Both the position numbers and the translations under genes were made by a program. The notes below the pieces were generated by a model. It searched no databases and was not told the DNA's origin. It worked only from the letters and a program-made list of their open reading frames with translations. Below are positions 46,063 to 54,182 of a DNA stretch of 64,000 nt, in pieces (within the stretch, counting starts at the first letter, position 1; each line of letters opens with the position of its first letter). Source of the stretch: a virus (taxonomy: Duplodnaviria; Heunggongvirae; Uroviricota; Caudoviricetes); IMG/VR virus record IMGVR_UViG_3300031760_000026; one strand, given 5' to 3'.

Positions 46063-46179
46063 TTAATAGGTTTCTACTATAGAAGGTGTAAAAGTTGCGA
46101 CACATAAAAAGAGACCTACTTTCGTAAGCCTCTTAAATCATGCTATTAAAATATCACTTGCCATGGACCCCTACGTATG

Positions 46180-46608
46180 CTAAATGCCTTTTCGTTCACT
46201 TAGAATCCAGAAGAACCTGCGATAGGCATCATAATACATGTCTGGTCCACAGGGAATGGCGTATTCGGCTTGTAGCTGTACATAAGGAATGCCTTCAGTG
46301 ACTGCCTTAAAAATATAAGGTTGCAATACTAATTCGTCCGTAGCAGTTCTTATACATTCTTCAACAAGTTCCATAGCCCTCGACAATTCATATCTTTTAA
46401 TTGCCAGGTTTTCGCTAGATCTGGAAATATCACTTCCATGGATCTCAGATGGACCATATGCAACCAGCATAGTATTTAACTCGGATAATTTCTTTTTCCA
46501 CTCCGGATACTGCAGGCAATAGTGCTTGAGCTCATAATACCTATGCTTTGGAATCCAATACTTGCTCCTCTGGCTTAGTTCCGGCTTCAAATCAGGCATC
46601 CTGGCCAC
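46180..46608 (-). CDS. hypothetical protein
   Basis: 142 aa. Confidence 0.4.
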   Translation of the reverse strand: MARMPDLKPELSQRSKYWIPKHRYYELKHYCLQYPEWKKKLSELNTMLVAYGPSEIHGSDISRSSENLAIKRYELSRAMELVEECIRTATDELVLQPYIFKAVTEGIPYVQLQAEYAIPCGPDMYYDAYRRFFWILSERKGI

Positions 46609-46900
46609 CTCGCATTCCGCAAATATACTTGAGAGTGTCGCAATTGCATCCAGCCATAGATAAAATCTTGGTGATCACATTAAATGGCGCTTGCTCGAAA
46701 TACTCGACTTTATTTCTATAGCGCCATAAGCTTGATGTGTTGATTCCCAAAATATCACTTAACTCGGATGTAGTAAGCCTATTTGCTCTCATGTATTCTG
46801 TCACGACTGCATCGAACTTGTCCATACGCCGAAGAAGTCTATCGCGCTCTTTAGCCTCCGCCGTTAAATATACTTTTGGCATTTTTACACCCTTTTTCAA
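46592..46900 (-). CDS. HTH (XRE-like) transcriptional regulator, divergent from the integrase gene; candidate lysogeny repressor
   Basis: HTH-like segment LTTSELSDILGINTSSLWRY. Confidence 0.45.
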   Translation of the reverse strand: MKKGVKMPKVYLTAEAKERDRLLRRMDKFDAVVTEYMRANRLTTSELSDILGINTSSLWRYRNKVEYFEQAPFNVITKILSMAGCNCDTLKYICGMRGGQDA

Positions 46901-47046
46901 TATTTTCTTGTCGCGACGATTGGAGATTAACTCTGCTTACGCTAATTGTCAACTGTTCCCATCATATTTCTATTGCAATCTGGCAACAAATATGCTATGC
47001 TCGCAATGGTGGAGCAAAAATCTTTAACAAACTTTAGGAGGGATTT

Positions 47047-48135
47047 TTGTTGAAAATACCGGAACCAAAGCAGCTCCCATCCGGTAGTTGGCGAATCCAG
47101 ATTCAGGTTAACGGCCAAAAATATAGTATCACAGACAAAGACAAGAAAATTGTCAAACAAAGGGCGAAAGAGATCTATGCCGGCAAAAATGTAGATAAGC
47201 ATATCCCTATGACAGTAGAGAAGGCAATGGAGGAGTACATAAAACTCAAAACACCAGTTCTCTCACCGTCCACGATTCTAGGCTACACCAGATACAAGGA
47301 TAACTACCTGAGGCATATTGCAAATATAAATCTTTCGAAGCTCACTCAAGAAGATGTTCAAGCTGCAGTAAACAAAGATGTATTAGCAGGAAAGTCCCCG
47401 AAGACAATTCGGAATGCTCATGGTCTACTGAGCGCTGTGCTAGGCCAATTCAGACCAAATTTTCAACTCAGCACGACCCTCCCTCAAAAGCGTCCGTACC
47501 AGGTTCATATACCAGAAGAGGAAGAGATCAAAAAGATTTGGGAACTGTCAAAAGGTACAGTCTACGAGCTGCCGATTCTCCTAGGTGCTTGCTGCGGGAT
47601 GCGTATGTCTGAAATTCGAGGCCTTAAATTCTCAGATCTGGACGGTGACAGAATCCATGTACAGAGAGCATTAGTCAGGGGTACTAGCTCGGATGGAAAG
47701 AAGACAAAGTCAGTTGAGAAGCTCACAAAGAGTTATTCTGGAGATCGCTGGATAAAATTACCAGATTTTGTCGTGAAACTCATAGAGAAGCAGCCAAGGA
47801 AATCCGAGTACATTTGCCCATATTCTGAGAATGCTATCTACAAAAACTATGTGAAATTCTGTGAGGAGGCCGGGGTTCTTCCAACTAGGTTCCATGACCT
47901 GAGGCATTTCGAGGCATCCGAAGCTCACTCAATTGGCGTGCCTGATGAATACCAAATCAAGAGACTCGGGCATAAGACGGATAACATGCTCAAGTCCACA
48001 TACAGACACACATTGCGGAGTAAAGAGCTTCCATTTGAGGAGCAGATCAATACCCGAATGAGCGAGATTTTTTCAGAATCTTCACACGAAAGTTCACACG
48101 AAAAAGAAAAAGCCGTGAAAACATCACGAAAATAG
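47047..48135 (+). CDS. int: tyrosine recombinase / phage integrase
   Basis: It is the only large plus-strand gene. Catalytic motifs are ACCGMRMSEIRGLKFSDL (R box), HDLRHF (HxxR) and STYRHT (Tyr). It has a TTG start with AGGAGGG 7 nt upstream. Confidence 0.85.
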   Translation: MLKIPEPKQLPSGSWRIQIQVNGQKYSITDKDKKIVKQRAKEIYAGKNVDKHIPMTVEKAMEEYIKLKTPVLSPSTILGYTRYKDNYLRHIANINLSKLTQEDVQAAVNKDVLAGKSPKTIRNAHGLLSAVLGQFRPNFQLSTTLPQKRPYQVHIPEEEEIKKIWELSKGTVYELPILLGACCGMRMSEIRGLKFSDLDGDRIHVQRALVRGTSSDGKKTKSVEKLTKSYSGDRWIKLPDFVVKLIEKQPRKSEYICPYSENAIYKNYVKFCEEAGVLPTRFHDLRHFEASEAHSIGVPDEYQIKRLGHKTDNMLKSTYRHTLRSKELPFEEQINTRMSEIFSESSHESSHEKEKAVKTSRK

Positions 48136-48145
48136 AGCTTTTATT

Positions 48146-48177
48146 AAGGGGTTCGACTCCCATCATCCGCTCCACCA
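48146..48177 (+). other. tRNA 3'-end-like sequence (T-loop GTTCGACTC, acceptor 3' strand, CCA) immediately after int; candidate attP core
   Basis: AAGGGGTTCGACTCCCATCATCCGCTCCACCA looks like the 3' third of a tRNA. It has no D- or anticodon arm upstream, so it is not a full tRNA. Confidence 0.45.
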
Positions 48178-48188
48178 AGAAGAGGCCC

Positions 48189-48233
48189 GAGCCAATGCGG
48201 TTCAGGCCTCTTTTCCTTTGTTTTCAAGGCTTA
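48189..48233 (+). terminator. rho-independent terminator after int/att
   Basis: GAGGCCCGAGCC...GGTTCAGGCCTC hairpin followed by TTTTCCTTTGTTTTC. Confidence 0.55.
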
Positions 48234-48424
48234 GTGGGCTTTCTTGAGTGCAATAAGTTATGCTCATCTGAAAACTAAAATGCACTCAAAAAATCAAAAA
48301 GTTCACACGGAAATTCACACGTTTCCATTATCGTCTACGAAGGTAAAGAATAAACATGCTGCCAGCATAAAAATTACTTCCATTTTGAATTTCCTCCAGA
48401 ATGAAAAATGTAGTCTTGGACTGA

Positions 48425-48664
48425 TTAATATTCGATTGTCGCCACCATCGTCGTGCGATCTCTAGTTACTCTCTTAATCGGACGATAAAGAAAAGACTCA
48501 TCGAGCTTGAGTTTGATCATGAAGAGCTCTCCTTCAGCGAGAATCTGATCATTTTCCTTAACTACAAAATAGTAAGGATCAGTCTCATCAAAATCGGAAA
48601 GCTTGGCGGTCTTGGCACTACCAAGAGTCATGTCTTTTCGAAGCGCGGCGTACATAGATCCCAT
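48425..48664 (-). CDS. hypothetical small protein
   Basis: 79 aa. Confidence 0.35.
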   Translation of the reverse strand: MGSMYAALRKDMTLGSAKTAKLSDFDETDPYYFVVKENDQILAEGELFMIKLKLDESFLYRPIKRVTRDRTTMVATIEY

Positions 48665-49048
48665 TTAGGCGATGTCCTCCTTAACCCATTTATTACCTAC
48701 AAGCTTAATGCCATTTTCGGCAAGAATACCCTCAAGGCGATTGGCCCACTGAGTGAGGGAATCAATCGTGAGATTGGCATACTTAAGATCCTCCTCGAGC
48801 TGGGCTTTCTCGGCAAGAAGCTTATTGTTAGGCTCAATCTTGAGCTTGACCAACTTATCCACAGCTTCTGCCTGCTTTCTGTTGGCTTCTTTTAGCTTCT
48901 CAATCTCCTCTGTAGTGTTCATTTGATAGAGCCTGTAGTCAAAGGTAAGTTCCCTCATTCTACCTCTACCAAATGGGTCAAAGAATTCAAAGCCTCTATG
49001 GTAGTTTTTAAGCTCTTCTTGGGTAAGCATTGTAGTTTCTCCTTTCAA
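48665..49048 (-). CDS. hypothetical coiled-coil protein
   Basis: 127 aa, preceded by TTTTATATTTTTGAAAGGAGAAACTACA ATG. Confidence 0.4.
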   Translation of the reverse strand: MKGETTMLTQEELKNYHRGFEFFDPFGRGRMRELTFDYRLYQMNTTEEIEKLKEANRKQAEAVDKLVKLKIEPNNKLLAEKAQLEEDLKYANLTIDSLTQWANRLEGILAENGIKLVGNKWVKEDIA

Positions 49049-49062
49049 AAATATAAAATTGA

Positions 49063-49138
49063 TGGTGGACCTTCAGGGACTCGAACCCTGGGCCTAAGTA
49101 TTATGAGTACCTTGCTCTACCGACTGAGCTAAAGGTCC
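49063..49138 (-). tRNA. tRNA-Met (anticodon CAT; elongator Met or Ile-lysidine type), CCA encoded
   Basis: Folded by hand: acceptor GGACCTT/AAGGTCC, D-arm GCTC-AGTCGGTA-GAGC, anticodon stem AGGTA/TACTT with loop CTCATAA, T-arm CAGGG-TTCGAGT-CCCTG. Confidence 0.85.
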
Positions 49139-49141
49139 ATA

Positions 49142-49216
49142 TGGCTGGGACACGAGGATTTGAACCTACGAATAACGGAGTCAAAGTCCGTTGTGTTACC
49201 ATTACACCATGCCCCA
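49142..49216 (-). tRNA. tRNA-Gln (anticodon TTG), CCA encoded
   Basis: Acceptor TGGGGCA/TGTCCCA (one G:T), D-arm GTGT-AATGGTA-ACAC, anticodon stem ACGGA/TCCGT with loop CTTTGAC. The T-stem is imperfect (CG(T)AGG/CCTCG with a bulge). Confidence 0.65.
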
Positions 49217-49258
49217 AAATATAAGGACCTATCATATAGACAGGCCCTTAGCTTGTGA

Positions 49259-49603
49259 TTAGTCGTTGAAATCGGCGACAACGTCGATAACGACCTTGGC
49301 AGCCTTGCGACTGATGCCCTTGATCTTGAGCAGGAATGCGACACTCACCATCTCAAAGTCCTGAACAACAAGCTCATCCTTGTCGAACCACTTCTTCAGA
49401 ACATTGTAGACACGAGTGCCTTCGCTCTTGGTAGCGGCATATTTCTGAAACCGCTCCAGCATGGTCAGTTCTTTCTTTTCAGTCATGATTGTTTTCCTTT
49501 CTTTCATTTTGAATTTTTTGGCACAAATCTTAGTTGGTGAATCACGGTTCAACCAATTAACTAAGACTTTGGTGAGGGAGTGCCTTAAGAGGTATTTGTG
49601 CAC
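49259..49603 (-). CDS. hypothetical protein
   Basis: 114 aa, between tRNA genes. Confidence 0.4.
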   Translation of the reverse strand: MHKYLLRHSLTKVLVNWLNRDSPTKICAKKFKMKERKTIMTEKKELTMLERFQKYAATKSEGTRVYNVLKKWFDKDELVVQDFEMVSVAFLLKIKGISRKAAKVVIDVVADFND

Positions 49604-49665
49604 AGCTTTTTTCTCCAGAATGCCGTAGTGCGCAATACTAACATTCTAGATTCCCTCTCTCCCTC

Positions 49666-49743
49666 TGGAGTCGGAAACGGGATTCGAACCCGCGCTATCT
49701 GCTTGGAAGGCAGATGTGCTAGACCGCTGGACACTATTCCGAC
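49666..49743 (-). tRNA. tRNA-Gly (anticodon TCC), CCA encoded
   Basis: Acceptor GTCGGAA/TTCCGAC, D-arm GTGT...GCAC, anticodon stem TCTGC/GCAGA with loop CTTCCAA, T-arm GCGGG-TTCGAAT-CCCGT. Confidence 0.85.
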
Positions 49744-49904
49744 ATAAGTTCTATGGTCATGTTGGTCACAAACCAAGCGCCATTCTTTTTAAATTGCTCT
49801 TCTGCAAAAATGCGAGCCTTTCTTTCCGTATTTGCCTTAACAATTACTGTTTCATAGTGGGAGGCATTCATGTTAAGTTCCGCAGTAACTTTCCATCGCT
49901 TCAT
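49734..49904 (-). CDS. hypothetical small protein
   Basis: The start is refined to MKRWKV (ATG 49904), preceded by TTTATTTTTACGAAAGGAGACAACTA. The 3' end overlaps the tRNA-Gly 5' end by ~10 nt. Confidence 0.3.
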   Translation of the reverse strand: MKRWKVTAELNMNASHYETVIVKANTERKARIFAEEQFKKNGAWFVTNMTIELMSE

Positions 49905-49973
49905 TAGTTGTCTCCTTTCGTAAAAATAAACCAAGATGAATGACTGGATTGCTCCGCGTTCCTCCAAATACAT

Positions 49974-50302
49974 CTAATTCACTTCGAAGATGAATCAAAT
50001 GCCTAATGGATGCCAGTCTCGTTTAAGGAAGCATCTCATCTTGGCGCTAAGGGTACTTTGGATGCCTTATTTCCTCAGCATCCATGTCTCGAACACCGAA
50101 ACGTCGAGATTTGAGAGCTTGCATTGGCTAACGGTTGCTCATCTATAGCCGTACTTAGCCTGGTTCCGGACCCAGCTCCTAAGTAAAGAGTTTTGGTAAG
50201 CAAAGGCCACCCTTGGACCGTCCAATACTTACCGATCGCATGGCGTTAACGACAAACACCATGCCTAGTTTTAAGTGACCACAGTCGTTATTGCAGCCAC
50301 TT
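49974..50302. other. 330-bp ORF-free gap inside the tRNA cluster; candidate structured ncRNA or degenerate tRNA-derived element
   Basis: No ORF of 60 aa or more on either strand, flanked by tRNA genes, and GC content locally higher than its surroundings. I could not fold a canonical tRNA from it. Confidence 0.3.
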
Positions 50303-50388
50303 CTGGTACCGCTGACGGGACTTGAACCCGTACGTCCGAAGACTGCAGATTTTAAGTCTGCTGTGTCTGCCGATTCCACCACAGCGGC
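50303..50388 (-). tRNA. tRNA-Leu (anticodon TAA), type II with long variable arm, CCA encoded
   Basis: Acceptor GCCGCTG/CAGCGGT, anticodon stem GCAGA/TCTGC with loop CTTAAAA, variable-arm hairpin GTC-TTCG-GAC, T-arm ACGGG-TTCAAGT-CCCGT. Confidence 0.85.
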
Positions 50389-50393
50389 AAATA

Positions 50394-50469
50394 TGGTCTG
50401 AGTGGGGAGACTCGAACTCCCGGCATCGTGATCCCAAATCACGCATTCTGCCAACTGAATTACACCCAG
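50394..50469 (-). tRNA. tRNA-Pro (anticodon TGG), CCA encoded
   Basis: Acceptor CTGGGTG/CACTCAG, D-arm ATTC-AGTTGGCA-GAAT, anticodon stem CGTGA/TCACG with loop TTTGGGA, T-arm GGGAG-TTCGAGT-CTCCC. Confidence 0.8.
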
Positions 50470-50487
50470 ATCAAATAAAGGACTCAG

Positions 50488-51168
50488 TTAAGAGTCCTTA
50501 TCGACAGTGATGGTGATGTGGTAGTCTCCGCCAGCGAATCTCATTCTAAGAAAGTCAAGAATATCACTATCCCAGTCATTCATCTCGATTCGCATAGAGC
50601 GGAAATTAGCGAAGACACGAGGCTCTACCGGTTCATCGACTACAGGTTCAGGAGTAATGATCTCGGAAATTGGCTCAGGTGCAGCAAACTTTTCAATCAC
50701 AGGCTCAGGCACAACTTCTTCTTTTGGCTTATTGGCATCCTCAATGGCGATTATAAGCCTCGCTCGTCCTTCGATAGCAATACTAGATTTACTATTGGGG
50801 GCTTTATTAAGATATTGCGTAAGTTCTTTCTTCCTCAGATGCTTAAATAAACCAGTGGGCGTGATATGAAATACTTCCTCGGCAATCGCACTGACCGTGA
50901 CATTATAGCGATTAATCAAACTGTTAATGTACTTCAGCTGAATATCATCTGGGAATGTCTTGAACTCCTCATAGGTATAGAACTTCTTCATGTCATAACT
51001 TACACATTCACCATTCATAGCCATTTTCTCCTTTTTTGTTAAATAATCAGACGGGAACTTGCATCTCTTAGATTTGCTGCCATTTTTCTTGTGAAAAGCG
51101 CCCCTGCCAGCGGACTTCTTTTCTTTGATGTCTTGCCTGTAAACATATTCCTCATCGCTGAGCCACAT
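50488..51168 (-). CDS. hypothetical protein with Pro/Glu-rich repeat linker (PEPV...)
   Basis: 226 aa with repeats EEVVPEPVIEKFAAPEPISEIITPEPVVDEPVEP. Confidence 0.4.
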   Translation of the reverse strand: MWLSDEEYVYRQDIKEKKSAGRGAFHKKNGSKSKRCKFPSDYLTKKEKMAMNGECVSYDMKKFYTYEEFKTFPDDIQLKYINSLINRYNVTVSAIAEEVFHITPTGLFKHLRKKELTQYLNKAPNSKSSIAIEGRARLIIAIEDANKPKEEVVPEPVIEKFAAPEPISEIITPEPVVDEPVEPRVFANFRSMRIEMNDWDSDILDFLRMRFAGGDYHITITVDKDS

Positions 51169-51192
51169 GTTGCTAAGTCCTCCTTATAAATA

Positions 51193-51414
51193 TCAGTCCA
51201 TTGCTATACCAATAAGCAGCCCAATTGCCACCATCATTACCGTCCATAAGAAAAGGAACATAACTTTGATTGGTATTACCGACTCAAAGAGGATAAAATA
51301 GACCATCATGACTAGAGCTGCGATGTAGCACAAAACTAGAAAGACCGTCCATATCTTGTCGTACCACTTTGCCTCCATAAACTCTCCTTTTGCAAATTCC
51401 AGGAATTCTTTCAT
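51193..51414 (-). CDS. small membrane protein
   Basis: 73 aa with two TM helices. Confidence 0.4.
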   Translation of the reverse strand: MKEFLEFAKGEFMEAKWYDKIWTVFLVLCYIAALVMMVYFILFESVIPIKVMFLFLWTVMMVAIGLLIGIAMD

Positions 51415-51669
51415 CTTGCCAAGCCCTCCTTAAAAAAATAAAGAGCCTATGACTTTCATAGACTCTTTATCTGCCCGTTTAAAACTGAGTATACTCGATA
51501 GAAGAATTGAAACCGATCACCATTAACCTGATAAACTCGATGATCTTTTCTTTCATCTTTCGTATCAACTCCTTTCTTATCCTTCTATTTTACAAAATGT
51601 ATTTTTTGCGAATTGGATAAGAAAGAAAAATAGAAAGCCCATGTTTTCATAGACTTTCTATTTAGAAGG

Positions 51670-51924
51670 TCAATAAGCCTTAGAGACGATAATACCGTCT
51701 GCCGACTTATCAACTCGATACATCGACCCCTTCCCAAGCCGCTTCAGTGCAGCCTGGCAGGAGCTCTTCATCGATGCGACCGACGCATGGCCGGTTTCGC
51801 GGAGACTAATCTCCACGGTCCGCCGACCTTCATCGAACATCTTTGAGAGAGCCCTCTCCCACTTGCATGGGCTGAAACTCATCTTAGTCAAGGGTACTCC
51901 GTAGCTGTCAATAATGTTTGCCAT
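51670..51924 (-). CDS. hypothetical small protein
   Basis: 84 aa. Confidence 0.35.
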   Translation of the reverse strand: MANIIDSYGVPLTKMSFSPCKWERALSKMFDEGRRTVEISLRETGHASVASMKSSCQAALKRLGKGSMYRVDKSADGIIVSKAY

Positions 51925-52141
51925 TTTATAATACCTCCTAAAAGTTTTTATTATCCTTCTACTATAGGAGGTGTATATTTTGCGATTTAAAGCGAAAAAG
52001 AAAAGGCTGTGTATTTTTAACAGCCTTTTACTTCCATTTTGAATTTTTTAGTGCTTATCATTATCATCGTCCGAAGCAACTATGCAAGCATAATCAACGA
52101 CTAGAATAATAATGATAAGCACTATTAAAGCAGCTTTCATG

Positions 52142-53023
52142 TTAAGGAATCCTTAAAACTTGGCCAGGTCTAATGAGATCTGAAGTCAAATTATTCACTT
52201 TCTTAATTTCTATCCATCTGGAACCGCTGCCAAGTTCTTTTTGGGCAATTCCCCAGAGAGTATCTCCAGATTTTACAGTATAGCTCTTTTTGGAGTTTTC
52301 GGTTTCTAAAGAATCCTTAGGATTGCTCTTAGTTTCTGGCTTTTTTGCTCCTGGAAGAGTAAGTACTTGACCGGGTCTAATAACATAAGGAGACTGAATA
52401 TTGTTTGCTTTAGCAATCTCAAGATAGTTTACACCAAGCCGTTGCCCAATCATCCAAAGATTGTCGCCGGATTTAACAGTATAAGTGCCATCCTCATTAA
52501 GAGTATTCTCTTTCGGAGTAGATTGAGCTGGTGTAACTGGGGTTTGGGTTGGAATGCTAGCAGACGTAGAATCAGAATAAACAGGCCGATAAGCACCCAT
52601 AATTTTGGAAAATGGCTGAGAATTAAGTCTTACTGCATCACTGGAATTGCCTTCAATAGACTTAGCATATCCACCAGCGACACCAGCGCACCAACCAATA
52701 TGATCAGCTACGCCATCACCATTCCAGTCATATAAAAGAATATCGCCGAGCTGATAGCCCGACGTTACCCATCTATTATGAGTCCTTGCCCAATTCACTA
52801 CAAATGGGCAATAGGCTGTTTTATTACCAGCACAGAAAGTCATGGCGAGTCCGCATTTACGAAATACCCACCAAATGAAAGCACAGCACCATGCATAGTT
52901 ATCACCAGATACTTCATGGCCGTAATAATCTGTGTTATACTTAACATTATTACTGCCCATTGGGTTTTCTCTGGTGCCAATTTCGGCATGGAATGCGGCA
53001 TTAAGTTTAGAAATGTCACTCAT
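52142..53023 (-). CDS. endolysin: CHAP/NlpC-P60-like cysteine peptidase/amidase domain plus two C-terminal LysM repeats
   Basis: The N-terminal domain carries Cys (YAWCCAFIWWVF) and His (ADHIGWCAG). There are two LysM motifs (YTVKSGDNLWMIGQRLGVNYLEIAKANN; YTVKSGDTLWGIAQKELGSGSRWIEIKKVNN). Confidence 0.8.
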   Translation of the reverse strand: MSDISKLNAAFHAEIGTRENPMGSNNVKYNTDYYGHEVSGDNYAWCCAFIWWVFRKCGLAMTFCAGNKTAYCPFVVNWARTHNRWVTSGYQLGDILLYDWNGDGVADHIGWCAGVAGGYAKSIEGNSSDAVRLNSQPFSKIMGAYRPVYSDSTSASIPTQTPVTPAQSTPKENTLNEDGTYTVKSGDNLWMIGQRLGVNYLEIAKANNIQSPYVIRPGQVLTLPGAKKPETKSNPKDSLETENSKKSYTVKSGDTLWGIAQKELGSGSRWIEIKKVNNLTSDLIRPGQVLRIP

Positions 53024-53132
53024 AATACATCACCAAACTTCCATTTTGTAGCGCATATAGCAACTCCGGCGGGTGCCATTCCTAATTTGAGGCATTGGGA
53101 GTAGATTTCTATTTCTGTCATGTTAGCCTCCG

Positions 53133-54182
53133 TTAATAGGAATAGCCCATTGTGCTTGTTCTACAAGCGCCAATTCGTCTCGTTAAAACTTGCCGCAGCG
53201 TTTTGTTTATTGAAATAACGGTAACCGCTTGTTCTGAAACTGTCCCAGCTACACGATCTGTGACGGATATTCCTGAGTAGTAGTTGTCGTTCTCAAACTT
53301 GTCGCATTGGAATGTGGTGTGTTGAAAAGCGCCTATCTTCTCGCAATAGTCAATGTGCTGATGACCGCAGAAATAACCTATGATAGTACCGTTGCAATTG
53401 TTTATGGCAGAGATAATGGAAGAGCCGTTTGACTCGTTGGAGTATGTGACATTTGCCATTTTTGTTAAGGTTACATGACCAAAAACGCACAAACTCCACG
53501 TGGAGTCGGGCAATGTCACGTTCTGCGTAATCCACGATATCTGGGTACTTGACATCACATATGCACTGCCAGTGTCAGATGTGTTGATAAACATATACCG
53601 TGTCTTTTTTGCGGCATCATCAAAATAGTAGTAGTTCTCTGTTGGTGCTCCAACTATATTTGATTTGGATTCCAAAAAGTCATTGTATATGCTTTGCTTC
53701 GCTTCTGCCGTGCCGCTCCCGTATGTTTCGTGGTTTCCCATGCAAGCGTAGATTCTGTCAATAGCATCACTTTCTACAAAAGGCTTCACATACTTATCAT
53801 ACTGTGTTTTGCTCCAATTGCTTACGGAATAATCGCCGCCAAGGACAAGCATTTTACAGTTTGTGTTATGGAGCAGATACAATGCAATTGCTTGGGAGTG
53901 TTGTTTGTTACCAGAACCATGTGGGTCTGTTATAAATATGATATTCTCCCAATCGTTTGACTGGTTGGCGAGGTCTTGAGCAACGGTAAGCGTAGGCTCT
54001 CTAAAATATGAAACGATGTCTTCAATATCAGGGTCTATTTGTTTGCTAAAAACAGCATTGCCGCTCAAATCATAAGCACTCTCAAGGTCATCACCGCGAA
54101 AGGAATAAGGAGCGTAAAACTCCATTCCAGAAATGTCATATATCCCCATTTTTGCTGCCTCATGCGTGTGGAACAACACCAT
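53133..54182 (-). CDS. calcineurin-like metallophosphoesterase
   Basis: Motifs ITDPHG (DxH), VLGGDY (GDxxY), CMGNHE (GNHE) and CGHQHID (GHxH). Confidence 0.65.
   Translation of the reverse strand: MVLFHTHEAAKMGIYDISGMEFYAPYSFRGDDLESAYDLSGNAVFSKQIDPDIEDIVSYFREPTLTVAQDLANQSNDWENIIFITDPHGSGNKQHSQAIALYLLHNTNCKMLVLGGDYSVSNWSKTQYDKYVKPFVESDAIDRIYACMGNHETYGSGTAEAKQSIYNDFLESKSNIVGAPTENYYYFDDAAKKTRYMFINTSDTGSAYVMSSTQISWITQNVTLPDSTWSLCVFGHVTLTKMANVTYSNESNGSSIISAINNCNGTIIGYFCGHQHIDYCEKIGAFQHTTFQCDKFENDNYYSGISVTDRVAGTVSEQAVTVISINKTLRQVLTRRIGACRTSTMGYSY

Noticed and set aside
48244-48465. 73-aa plus-strand ORF after the att/terminator
   Set aside because: It has no RBS and its translation is low-complexity. 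It lies in an AT-rich intergenic region between the int terminator and minus-strand genes.
49974-50302. Group I intron in tRNA-Leu(UAA)
   Set aside because: The tRNA-Leu(TAA) at 50303..50388 folds as an uninterrupted type II tRNA, so the adjacent gap is not an intron of it. It is retained only as an unexplained ncRNA candidate.
49129-50510. Track ORFs 49129..49344, 49585..49776, 50179..50454 (minus) and 50322..50510 (plus)
   Set aside because: They overlap the hand-folded tRNA-Gln, tRNA-Gly, tRNA-Leu and tRNA-Pro genes or the ORF-free gap, and their translations are low-complexity. They are taken as spurious.
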